From a virus (Duplodnaviria; Heunggongvirae; Uroviricota; Caudoviricetes), in the IMG/VR virus record IMGVR_UViG_3300025364_000002: DNA of 64,000 bases; one strand, 5' to 3'. Below, piece after piece: positions 47,166-55,873 of this stretch (within the stretch, counting starts at the first letter, position 1; every line of letters starts with the position of its first letter). Below the pieces are notes generated by a model, which saw only the letters and a list, made by a program, of their open reading frames with translations, did not search any database and was not told the origin of the DNA. The position numbers were made by a program, and so were the translations under genes.

Positions 47166-47398
47166 GCTACATTTTCCCCGGAGAGTTTTGGTTCGCCTTC
47201 GTCGAAGGTATTTCTAATAGGCAACTCATGAACCTCTGCTACAACAGAGCAATGAATGGCTTGTGCATGATCAATAGCTACATCTAGACTATCACAAGGC
47301 CCTTGAAAATTTAAACCTTCGTAAGTATGCTCAAATACAAGGCAAAATAACATTATACCATCTTCAGATGGCAGAAATCTTCTTCTGTCATCCAGCAT
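47132..47398 (-). CDS. Hypothetical protein
   Basis: 88-aa ORF. Confidence 0.35.
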   Translation of the reverse strand: MLDDRRRFLPSEDGIMLFCLVFEHTYEGLNFQGPCDSLDVAIDHAQAIHCSVVAEVHELPIRNTFDEGEPKLSGENVAWTFFGQSGAI

Positions 47399-47528
47399 TC
47401 TCTGTCCTTAAAAAGGACCGTTGCTCCCAAATAATCATTTGGAAAATATATTTTTCCCCACTTGCCATACTTTTGGCCAACATACTTTGGAGAGTTGCAA
47501 CTGTTTTTGATGGCCAAAACATACCATA

Positions 47529-47957
47529 TCATTTTGAAAGATCAACAGGAATGCGAACCTTACGGAGATAGTCAGCAATTTGCTGAATGGCGTGTTCAAC
47601 AACGCCTTCGGACGGATTTGTGATCATATCCATCCTGAAGTGTTCTCCTGGGCCCTGAACACCCCAACTGCAAAGCATGAAAACATCATCGTCTTCCATA
47701 ACGAATGAAATTCTACCGTGATTGGACTGCGGAAAATCAAATCCTTGATAGTAGACGATCATCTCTCCCTCGCCAATTTCAACATCACTATATTGCCTTG
47801 TTTCAGCAACACATGAATATGTCCAAGAAAGACCTTGGCGGGCAAGATGTTTACATGCGATACCAATATATTCACATGTTTTATTATGATTCACGTTTTT
47901 CTCCAAACAACTGATCATAATAAACAAACCCAATGAGTTCTTGTTTATCCTTTTCAA
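47529..47957 (-). CDS. Hypothetical protein
   Basis: 142-aa ORF. Confidence 0.45.
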   Translation of the reverse strand: MKRINKNSLGLFIMISCLEKNVNHNKTCEYIGIACKHLARQGLSWTYSCVAETRQYSDVEIGEGEMIVYYQGFDFPQSNHGRISFVMEDDDVFMLCSWGVQGPGEHFRMDMITNPSEGVVEHAIQQIADYLRKVRIPVDLSK

Positions 47958-48387
47958 ATTTGCCGCAATCCTGTTCCCATTTTTCCTTTAGCTCAATGTA
48001 ATCTTCGTAAGCTTTATCTGATCGACCAGTAGGACCATAATGCAAATTTGGGACTTTTCCTTCATTATTATCTTTAAGTTTTTTATTTATAATACCTCTG
48101 CCGTTGAAGGGGAAATAATCTGTATGCAGCCCCATGTGCCCTTGCCATAAAGCATGTGTAGTAATTAAGCGAATTTTATCATCGTCTGTCAGTTTATAGA
48201 CGTTGTATTTACGATACCAGCCAAAATCATATTCTGTATCAATATCATCAGGGTCTTCGGCTACTGATACAAATTCTTCAAGCAAATCAAAATAGCATAT
48301 TTCATTTTCATGTAACAAAACTCCACTAAGTGGTCCATCCCAATAATCCAAATGCCAGAGAATTTGCACGTTTTCAAGTTGTTTCAT
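47884..48387 (-). CDS. Hypothetical protein
   Basis: 167-aa ORF. Confidence 0.45.
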   Translation of the reverse strand: MKQLENVQILWHLDYWDGPLSGVLLHENEICYFDLLEEFVSVAEDPDDIDTEYDFGWYRKYNVYKLTDDDKIRLITTHALWQGHMGLHTDYFPFNGRGIINKKLKDNNEGKVPNLHYGPTGRSDKAYEDYIELKEKWEQDCGKFEKDKQELIGFVYYDQLFGEKRES

Positions 48388-48422
48388 TTTTTTTGCTTTC
48401 CAATTTGTTTCATCTTTTTAGC

Positions 48423-48496
48423 GAGACCTGTGGGATTTGAACCCACATCACTCCGGGTTAAAGCCGGCCGCATTACCAATTTTCTGCCAAGGTCCC
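48423..48496 (-). tRNA. tRNA with anticodon UUA (ochre-type suppressor tRNA; type I, 74 nt)
   Basis: Hand-folded: acceptor GGGACCT/AGGTCTC (one G-U), U8, D-loop with GG, anticodon stem CCGG/CCGG with 7-nt loop C-U-U-U-A-A-C (U33, anticodon UUA, A37), 5-nt variable loop, T-arm GTGGG-TTCAAAT-CCCAC, discriminator G. Confidence 0.65.
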
Positions 48497-48501
48497 ATTT
48501 G

Positions 48502-48575
48502 TGGCCGCCCCAGGAGTCGAACCTGGCTGTCCCACGACTGACGACCAAACTGTCCTATCTGCTTTGACGGGTCCT
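48502..48575 (-). tRNA. tRNA-like element: canonical T-arm (CCAGG-TTCGACT-CCTGG) plus 7-bp acceptor-like helix (GGTCGTC/GGCGGCC), discriminator A; D and anticodon arms not resolvable (possible mini-helix or degenerate tRNA)
   Basis: Reverse complement folded by hand; only a 45-nt acceptor/T minihelix closes cleanly. Confidence 0.3.
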
Positions 48576-48624
48576 TCCCCCGTTTCTATGGCCACTTGAA
48601 CTAACAACATTTCATAATCTCATG

Positions 48625-48700
48625 GAAGCCACACACTTCCAGCAGGAATTGAACCTGCGCCGGGAACACTTGCCACTGTCGCCGAGCCAACTACTAGTTG
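48625..48700 (-). tRNA. tRNA-like element: T-arm-like hairpin GCAGG-TTCAATT-CCTGC followed by a second hairpin GGAAG-tgtgtgg-CTTCC; no acceptor pairing found
   Basis: Read directly; may be a tRNA remnant or an unrelated structured RNA. Confidence 0.2.
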
Positions 48701-48754
48701 TTATGTACGTCATATCGCCGTGCGGCAAAAACAGATAGGAACAGAACTTGTATG

Positions 48755-49111
48755 CTAACTTGTTATTTTTTTGTAACCCCTTCCTGCTACTTTCAAGTTT
48801 GCGCAAAGTTTAGCAGTTGCTTCACTTGGCTCGATTGTCAAGGCTGTGTACTGATTGATATCAGGCTCATAGAAAAGTGAATGCCTTAGTCCCTGGCTTT
48901 CGGTCAAGCAAACAAATGCCTTCAATGCCGCTTCGTTTTTAACTCCCAAAACTACAATGGTGTTTGAATTAGTATACCACTTTCGCTCCTCTTCGGGGAA
49001 GTCGTGTGTAAACTGATCCTTGGCATGAATGCTTTGTGCGATTTGATAGCCAGGCGAAATGTCCTGGCGAACCAATACATACATTTTCATTGTTGGTTGA
49101 CTTTGCATCAT
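48755..49111 (-). CDS. Hypothetical protein
   Basis: 118-aa ORF. Confidence 0.45.
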   Translation of the reverse strand: MMQSQPTMKMYVLVRQDISPGYQIAQSIHAKDQFTHDFPEEERKWYTNSNTIVVLGVKNEAALKAFVCLTESQGLRHSLFYEPDINQYTALTIEPSEATAKLCANLKVAGRGYKKITS

Positions 49112-49569
49112 GCCACCTCACCGCTTTTATTGAGGATTTTAGTTACACGGCAAGAGACTTTAAATTTCTTAGGATTTTTCTCCCAACGAAAGATAACATT
49201 GTCGCCAGTCTTTAACCAATGAAGGATGTTGTCTTCATTGAACTCATTTTCAGACCAATAAACACGATAGCCGCCATAGATTATACAAATAGAAGCAATA
49301 TTCCTAACAGCTTCATTGAGCTGCCAGTCATTAAAATAAAGTGACCTATTTGATTCAACGTCATCATACCGCTTACCCAACATTAGGGCATATGCTAGCT
49401 GGTGTAATCTCGAATGCCAACCAAGAGATCGCTTTCTGTTCCACCCATAAGTTTTTCCTTCAAGGTGCTTAGAATTAATTTCTTTCTTTAGAATTCTACG
49501 AGACTCGTCGGTAAATCCATTAATAGCAGCTTTTAGCTTGTAAAGGTCTTTTTTCGTAAATGCCTTCAT
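49108..49569 (-). CDS. Hypothetical protein
   Basis: 153-aa ORF. Confidence 0.45.
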   Translation of the reverse strand: MKAFTKKDLYKLKAAINGFTDESRRILKKEINSKHLEGKTYGWNRKRSLGWHSRLHQLAYALMLGKRYDDVESNRSLYFNDWQLNEAVRNIASICIIYGGYRVYWSENEFNEDNILHWLKTGDNVIFRWEKNPKKFKVSCRVTKILNKSGEVA

Positions 49570-49739
49570 TTTATCATCCTCCTAAATTTGTTATAAAGTA
49601 ACACACCAACTTTTTGGTAAAACAAAGTCGGTTTTAGGAGGTGGGCCTCGGTTATATATTTACCAGAAATGCAACATGATTATATCCTGTGCTTGTGAAA
49701 GGAAAATGTTTAAATAAACACTTTCCAGCCAAGGTAGCG

Positions 49740-50144
49740 TTAGGCTAAGCAAACACTTAGGTATCGTCCTGATTTACGGAAAACCCATTCACCCACAAAC
49801 ACACCAGCAATAGCCGGCAGCGTTTTAAGTAGTTGAACAAAGTCTTCTTCCTTCATGACATATTCATAACCGTTTTCGGTATCATGAAGAACTGCTTGAC
49901 AACTCGTACTCTGGTTTGAACTGTAAAGATGCGAAAGACTGAGCCCTGCCTTAAACGGCTTGTTTTCTTTCCATTCAATTGGTTCGGATTTGCGAATGTA
50001 GCCATACCCTCCAATATTTGGATGCGCCATGTCGCAAGTTTCAGAATCTTTTTTGGGGCATTGACGTGGAACACATCCATGCTTTCCTACCACGTGAGGA
50101 ACCAAAAAATTTTTATCGTCTTTTTCAGTCATTGTTAAATTCAT
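49740..50144 (-). CDS. Paralogue family member B
   Basis: EPIEWKENKPFKAGLSL...GVFVGEWVFRKSGRYLSVCLA. Confidence 0.5.
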   Translation of the reverse strand: MNLTMTEKDDKNFLVPHVVGKHGCVPRQCPKKDSETCDMAHPNIGGYGYIRKSEPIEWKENKPFKAGLSLSHLYSSNQSTSCQAVLHDTENGYEYVMKEEDFVQLLKTLPAIAGVFVGEWVFRKSGRYLSVCLA

Positions 50145-50535
50145 TAGCCTTTTCGGCAGGAACTATTGAAAGAAAGCCACCATAACTATGAAAAACCCAT
50201 TCGCCAAGACAAACACCCATAATCCACGTTGTTTTATCCATCATTTCATTGAAAAGATCTTCGCCAACATAATAAGTGGCCTCTGTTTCCGTATTTCTCA
50301 TCAAGAACTGAACTGACGAACGTTTGTTTACAACCCTATCAAATCTCAGAGCGGCTTTGAACGGCTTATTTTTCCTCCACTCAATTGGCTCGCCATCGGC
50401 TCGTTTGTTGATGGTCCAATCGTATCTTCCAGGCCAATGTGTTTATTTTCGCTTGGGGCGTCGCCAAGGAACAGAACCATCTGGGTAAAATGGAATTTCA
50501 TCCTCATAAGGATTTTTGAGCTTTCTATTTGTCAT
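50125..50535 (-). pseudogene. Paralogue family member C, interrupted by a single in-frame TAA at 50443..50445 (codon 31); the remaining ~106 codons stay in frame and conserved
   Basis: Hand translation: MTNRKLKNPYEDEIPFYPDGSVPWRRPKRK-TAA-THWPGRYDWTINKRADGEPIEWRKNKPFKAALRF...GVCLGEWVFHSYGGFLSIVPAEKANEFNND*. Confidence 0.55.
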
Positions 50536-50537
50536 CA

Positions 50538-50894
50538 CTATTCTTTTTCAGTATTAAGTTTAGCGATAAGTGGATCATTAGGGCCAAGATATTCAACCAA
50601 TTTATCTGGCCTTGCAAGCAGCCATTGATCACTCGTGATTGGCTTTCCTTCACATTCTGGTGGAAAAATTTCTATTTGTGGACAGTTGCCCCAATCTACA
50701 TCAGCTTCGGAAATATATCCCCATCCATATTCCGTGCCCTCCCAACCAGGATCAAAAAATATTTTTGTGGAATCTTCTACGTTAACAACACCCCATTCAT
50801 GTTGGCCAAAGTATACTTGGACATGCAATTCATCTTCATGCTTGTGAATTGGACCATGTTCATGCCAGTTTGCTTTGGGGTGTGCCCTAAGCAA
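50538..50894 (-). CDS. Hypothetical protein, possible cupin-like fold
   Basis: HEHGPIHKHEDELHVQVYFG resembles the cupin G(x)5HxH(x)3-4E(x)6G motif. Confidence 0.35.
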   Translation of the reverse strand: MLRAHPKANWHEHGPIHKHEDELHVQVYFGQHEWGVVNVEDSTKIFFDPGWEGTEYGWGYISEADVDWGNCPQIEIFPPECEGKPITSDQWLLARPDKLVEYLGPNDPLIAKLNTEKE

Positions 50895-50923
50895 ATCTTC
50901 TTATGATTTATAAACCTTTACTT

Positions 50924-51553
50924 TCATTTTTTTCGCTTGTTGTTTTCTTTCAGCATGTTGATAAAGGTTAGCCCTTGTTCCCTCGCATCATCAATTGCCA
51001 CATGAGTATGAGGCATATTTTTAGGAAACCACCGTTTTGGCCAAAAGCGTTTGCTTGTTTTCTTGTAACCTGTTTGTCTCATTGCCATCACATAAGTTCG
51101 TACGTCTACACAAGAATGACTAAAAAGAGAATGACCAGTAAAATGCTTCATATACCAGTACATAAAAAGAAAATCAAAGCCGGATGGCATACAAACCATC
51201 ACAGGTTTATATGTGCTTCCACATAATCTTTTTACCCATTTATCAAATGCCTTAAAGGCATCTTTAGGTTTCTGAAGATTTCTCCTGTGAGCATTCCACG
51301 CATCTGGAAATTGCTTCCACCATTCCATGGTGGAAGCATCTGGCTGGGCACCGGGAAGCAACTCTAGGTTTGCTTCAAAAAAATCTAATTCTTCCCCATC
51401 TTCGGTAAAAGCAACAACACCAAAGCTGAGCAATGAATTGATTGCAGGCAATGGACCATCGGTTTCAATGTCCGTGCTAAAATATAATTCTTTCATTTGA
51501 TTATCTGTAACAGGATCTTTGTACGATAACGCAAACATCCGAACCTGGCACAT
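50924..51553 (-). CDS. DEDDh-type 3'-5' exonuclease (DnaQ/RNase T/oligoribonuclease superfamily)
   Basis: Exo I FSTDIETDG (DxE) and Exo III HVAIDDARE (H-x4-D) motifs. Confidence 0.7.
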   Translation of the reverse strand: MCQVRMFALSYKDPVTDNQMKELYFSTDIETDGPLPAINSLLSFGVVAFTEDGEELDFFEANLELLPGAQPDASTMEWWKQFPDAWNAHRRNLQKPKDAFKAFDKWVKRLCGSTYKPVMVCMPSGFDFLFMYWYMKHFTGHSLFSHSCVDVRTYVMAMRQTGYKKTSKRFWPKRWFPKNMPHTHVAIDDAREQGLTFINMLKENNKRKK

Positions 51554-51734
51554 TTACAAAACCAGTTCCTTCTGCGTCGACTACTGTAAAAAATCCATTT
51601 GCTTCTTGTGAAACAGAATCAACCAGCCAAGAACCATAGTCAGCCACCACGACATCGCCCTTTCGAAGGGCGCTTATTGTGATATATTGCTTTCCAAGCT
51701 TTGCAACTAGTTGTTCTAATGTAAGTCCACTCAT
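51501..51734 (-). CDS. Small hypothetical protein
   Basis: 77-aa ORF. Confidence 0.35.
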   Translation of the reverse strand: MSGLTLEQLVAKLGKQYITISALRKGDVVVADYGSWLVDSVSQEANGFFTVVDAEGTGFVNVPGSDVCVIVQRSCYR

Positions 51735-52016
51735 TTATTTCTCCTACAGTAGCAGAATAGCAATGCTAGATAAACCTGTTTAGGCTATTCTTGTAAAATC
51801 CAAGCTGCATCATGACTTACTTTAGTGTCGTAAATCGACAATTCAACAATCTCTTTTTCGATTTGAAAATCAAACTGGTGAAGTTCAGCTTTGATTTCTT
51901 CAAGTTTCTTTTTAAAATCCTCGTAGTACATCTCGTAGTTACGATAAGTCACCATAATAGTGAAAGTCCCGTCATCATATCGCTTGAAAACATTTGAACT
52001 TCTACGAGCCCCATGT

Positions 52017-52814
52017 TTACCAGCAATGGTTTTTAAGAATCTCTAATTTTTCTTCTGTGCAAAGACAGTTGAGATGACTCTCAAAGTAACAGTTGGGCGG
52101 CATTACCGGATTTTCATGCTTTTGCGAAGGCGCAGCCGGATGCCAGGGAATAGTTTCGATCTTTTCACGGACAACTTCCCAGCCGCCTTGTCGCAAAGAA
52201 TGTGTGATGCGCTTCATTTCTTCATAAGCCTCACGGTTGTTACCCATGAAAGTGGAAGACGTCATTAAATCTTTCATAACCTTGCCACCGCTAAGGTGAA
52301 GATCAAGCAAAATTGGTTTTACACCAGCATCCTTGCAATCTCTTTTAAATTCTTCAACTGTATGTTTTTGCAGTGTTTCGAGATTGTTTTTTTGTAGTTT
52401 GGAAATTTCTTCATTTGAAATAAAAGCATTGCCATCAGAAGTGAAAACGGGCTTACTTTTTTCAATATCAACAGTGACATGAATTTCGTATGGAATTGGA
52501 TATTTGAGTCTATGTTCCCTTGCCTGTAGGTCTGCCCATATTTTCATTTTGTGGCTAACCATCGTTTCGAACTCTTCGTCCGAAAAATCAAGGTCATACA
52601 CAATCGACTGCAAGCAAAGATACCCATCTGCACACTCTTCAAGAATTCGAGCCTTACTTACAAAACGATGATTGGTCGCAAATGCGTTATCGTATGGAAG
52701 AACTACCTTTGCAAGCTCGCCAACTTCTTCACAGGTCTTCAAAGCCTTTTGTGAAAGGTTCTTCTCATCAGATTTGGTAAGCGTCTTAATATAGTCAAGT
52801 ATTTTCTTATCCAT
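52017..52814 (-). CDS. N-terminal MazG-like NTP pyrophosphohydrolase domain fused to a C-terminal domain with two H-x-(T/S) motifs (possible 2H-phosphoesterase-like)
   Basis: CEEVGELAK...ECADGY (MazG EExxE/ExxD); C-terminal EIHVTVD and LDLHLSGG. Confidence 0.45.
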   Translation of the reverse strand: MDKKILDYIKTLTKSDEKNLSQKALKTCEEVGELAKVVLPYDNAFATNHRFVSKARILEECADGYLCLQSIVYDLDFSDEEFETMVSHKMKIWADLQAREHRLKYPIPYEIHVTVDIEKSKPVFTSDGNAFISNEEISKLQKNNLETLQKHTVEEFKRDCKDAGVKPILLDLHLSGGKVMKDLMTSSTFMGNNREAYEEMKRITHSLRQGGWEVVREKIETIPWHPAAPSQKHENPVMPPNCYFESHLNCLCTEEKLEILKNHCW

Positions 52815-52825
52815 AATTCCTCAAA

Positions 52826-53605
52826 TCAATCGTTTGGACCGACCCGAATAATACGATCAGATGCCTCGTAAATCAGCGCATTACGCTCTCTTGCACGCTC
52901 TGTAAAGCCTTCTACAGTTTCAAAGCTGCGACGCACTACAACATAAACCTTGGGCGTCCCAGGCTCTTCTACACGACGCTGACCTGGGTCAAGGTTGTGG
53001 TCGTTCTCTTCAACTGTATTGTATGACTCAAGAACTCGACGAAATACTCGTACAGTTACTTCTGGCACTGCCCTTGGAGCAGTGAAAACAACTCTTACAA
53101 ATTCTTCAGCCTCCCGAGTTCCTTCGTGGGTGGATACCGTCATCGTAACAGGAAATGGATAGGGATTTTCAATTACCAAATCTTTCGAACCCCAATCAAC
53201 TGTCGCATCCAAGCCAGGTCGAATATAGGTGCTAATTCTAGAATGGGGATGTTGTTCTATGATAGTCAAACCAGCATACATAGCAGCTGCGTAAATCGTA
53301 CTAGCAGTTTGACAGATTCCACCGCCATAATCACGTTCCATTCTACCGGAAATGATCACAGGTGCTTGACGAAAGCCTCTTGAACGTGTTCGTTCACCAA
53401 CAATATTATTAAATGAAAATTGTTCGCCAGGTTCAAGCCTGATTGTCGAGATAATTTCTGCCGTTCGCCTAATGTTGTGTGCTCGACCTCGGTAACGACC
53501 ATAGTCCCCATACCTAGTCTCGATGGACGAGAGTTCAACAGTTTGTGCCTGTACGTTCACAGGTAGTGAAAATACGACACCCAAGACAAAAATTAGCCTC
53601 TTCAT
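52826..53605 (-). CDS. Secreted VanW-like domain protein
   Basis: Signal peptide MKRLIFVLGVVFSLPVNVQAQ; GGGICQTASTIYAAAMYAGL matches the VanW GGGxCQxSTTLY motif; GC-rich gene. Confidence 0.6.
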   Translation of the reverse strand: MKRLIFVLGVVFSLPVNVQAQTVELSSIETRYGDYGRYRGRAHNIRRTAEIISTIRLEPGEQFSFNNIVGERTRSRGFRQAPVIISGRMERDYGGGICQTASTIYAAAMYAGLTIIEQHPHSRISTYIRPGLDATVDWGSKDLVIENPYPFPVTMTVSTHEGTREAEEFVRVVFTAPRAVPEVTVRVFRRVLESYNTVEENDHNLDPGQRRVEEPGTPKVYVVVRRSFETVEGFTERARERNALIYEASDRIIRVGPND

Positions 53606-53892
53606 TTATTTTCCTCTGGAAAAGCTGACAGCAATGCTCTGCTAATCAGACGCCAAACACTATACGACTTCCTTGGAAAGTTTTTTACTTCCCCAAGACG
53701 AGCAGCTTTTATCGCAGCCTTTCCATTGACCGGCATAGGGCATTTTGTTGAACCTTTACGGCAAACTGCTACCTTGTAATCGCCTTTTTTATCAGTTTTC
53801 AATCCACCGGTATTTGCGATATATATTCTGCCAAGTTCTTTGGCTCTATTGGCATCGCCCTTGGGCCACAATTCAATTTTGACTACAATCAT
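53602..53892 (-). CDS. Hypothetical basic protein
   Basis: 96-aa ORF. Confidence 0.4.
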   Translation of the reverse strand: MIVVKIELWPKGDANRAKELGRIYIANTGGLKTDKKGDYKVAVCRKGSTKCPMPVNGKAAIKAARLGEVKNFPRKSYSVWRLISRALLSAFPEENK

Positions 53893-53942
53893 GCTTTATT
53901 CCATAAAAAAGCCACACCATATAGGTGTGGCCTATTATTTAT

Positions 53943-54029
53943 TGGACCCGATCGGAATTGAACCGATGTCCTCAAGATCGCCTAAAAAAACTTCTACGTT
54001 ACCTAGTTTGATTTTCAGATTACCGGTCC
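53943..54029 (-). tRNA. tRNA-like element (87 nt): T-arm ATCGG-TTCAATT-CCGAT, acceptor GGACCGG/CGGGTCC (one mismatch), discriminator A; internal arms not resolved
   Basis: Reverse complement folded by hand; possibly a type-II tRNA or degenerate tRNA. Confidence 0.3.
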
Positions 54030-54399
54030 GAGGTATCAGACAACCAACCGGGTTCTTTCATTTGAAATCTTGATCAGACAGCCAATAGAAATCTAACTCT
54101 AGTCTAATCCAGTCCTAATAACGACGCCTTATAGAATGCAAGGACACTCAAGCTATAAGACGGCTCTCATCAAGCAGCGAGAGCAAGAGGTGCATTGTCT
54201 GCATTTATAATCGTTTATTGGATTTAAGTGGTTCTAAACACCCACCGTAACGCCATTTTTTCTTCTTACCCCAAGTCGAAACCAGTACGGGCCCATGTCA
54301 AAGAACAATACCTTGAGAGTATACCTAGTAAGTATTAGGTTGTAAACTGCTTGACTTCTTTCTTTTTGGTGTCATTTACTTCAAAATCTTGCTAAAAAT

Positions 54400-55218
54400 T
54401 CATTTTAGCATCTTTGCCATATTAGAATAAAGCACGTGTGAATCATTGTCAGACAACCCTGATTGCTGACCATCATTGAGTTCGATAACGATCCACTCGC
54501 CGTTTTCAGTTTTTGCAATGTCGACCACAAAGAAACGAACCCTCGGGGCAATGATAGAAATAACTTTGTTTAAGAAGTCCCTTGGAACAAGATTTGCGTC
54601 TGGTTTATATCCCACTTCTTCTTCAATGTATTCGGTGTGCGAAGACCAATAAAAAGCTCCTGAAATCACCTGCCCATCAAGCACAAAAAAGCGGTACTCT
54701 TCAGAAATAGGCAATCCCTGAAGACCATCAGCAAGTTTCCTAAGTGGAACATACTGCCTTATATAAATTTGTTGTGCTCCCACGTGTCCATCAGCAGCAA
54801 GGCGGCCGTAGACTTCTCCAGCCTCAAATTTGTCTTTAGCAAACATGTGTGTGCGCCAATTGAATTTCATTGAATTTGTTTGCCCTTTTAAGACAAACGG
54901 ACCCTCGGTCGGAATTTGGTCTAGATAAAACCAAGTACGTGGAGTGTATTCACCAAGGTCATAATACCAATTTCTCAAATCAGCAACATAACAATGTTGC
55001 CTATAAGTGTTGAGAAGCTTTCCACCCATACACTCAACGTCAGCTTCGAGTTCTTTATACCATGGAAGTGCCGAAAATCTTGGAATAACAAGGTTATCGT
55101 TTTTAACATGAGTTCGCTGGGTAATCACGGGAAAATACTCCTCGCAAACTTTCATTTCATGTTCTTCAGCTAAGGAAGCTCTGAATAGGACTACAGGTTT
55201 CAATTGAAATTTTCCCAA
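54400..55218 (-). CDS. ATP-grasp fold enzyme
   Basis: FVLKGQTNS..., EYRFFVLDGQVISGAFY, WIVIELNDGQQSG resemble the ATP-grasp B/C-domain signature segments. Confidence 0.5.
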   Translation of the reverse strand: MGKFQLKPVVLFRASLAEEHEMKVCEEYFPVITQRTHVKNDNLVIPRFSALPWYKELEADVECMGGKLLNTYRQHCYVADLRNWYYDLGEYTPRTWFYLDQIPTEGPFVLKGQTNSMKFNWRTHMFAKDKFEAGEVYGRLAADGHVGAQQIYIRQYVPLRKLADGLQGLPISEEYRFFVLDGQVISGAFYWSSHTEYIEEEVGYKPDANLVPRDFLNKVISIIAPRVRFFVVDIAKTENGEWIVIELNDGQQSGLSDNDSHVLYSNMAKMLK

Positions 55219-55559
55219 ACTCTAAAAAAATCTTGTTCGCACTTGAATGACTGCCAATACACTCTATCTGCAATAAGCAACATGTAATGCATGACATTGG
55301 CAAATGTATAATTCTGTTTTATAAAGTCACTTTCCACAAAATCAAATGTAATGCCTGGCTCCATGTAAACAACCATGCCGATAACTGGCTCTAGATCCCG
55401 TTCATACCATATTGACTTTGTTAAAGTCCAAGCCAAATCTATATCAGCTTTATTAGCTTGACACCCTGTAAGGATTTCTCGAAAATCATCTGGATGTGTT
55501 GTCCACACGGACATCACATTGCGTGCTCGAAACACCTGTCCTATTTTTATTGAAGTCAT
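55200..55559 (-). CDS. Hypothetical protein
   Basis: 119-aa ORF. Confidence 0.45.
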   Translation of the reverse strand: MTSIKIGQVFRARNVMSVWTTHPDDFREILTGCQANKADIDLAWTLTKSIWYERDLEPVIGMVVYMEPGITFDFVESDFIKQNYTFANVMHYMLLIADRVYWQSFKCEQDFFRVWENFN

Positions 55560-55873
55560 TTGTCAATAATGCTGGAGAGGGGCTTCCAACAATAAAGAAA
55601 CTCTATTTCGTCCAGGTATTCAAGCCAAACTACATGATGATTTAATAACGCTTGCACGCAAATATTAGCAGAATAATGAGGCAATTGACAATAATCTAAA
55701 ACCAACATATTAGTTTTAGCAGGAAAATTGATAACAAACTTCCTATCGTCTGCTTCCATTACAACAAATTCATATGTTTTTTGTTTGTATTCATCGGGTC
55801 GGAAAACAATACCAGAGCCAGCTTTTACCGACTGATAAACTCCTCCTTGTTTTAACGAATCATTTTCCAACAT
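55556..55873 (-). CDS. Hypothetical protein
   Basis: 105-aa ORF; ATGA overlap. Confidence 0.45.
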   Translation of the reverse strand: MLENDSLKQGGVYQSVKAGSGIVFRPDEYKQKTYEFVVMEADDRKFVINFPAKTNMLVLDYCQLPHYSANICVQALLNHHVVWLEYLDEIEFLYCWKPLSSIIDK

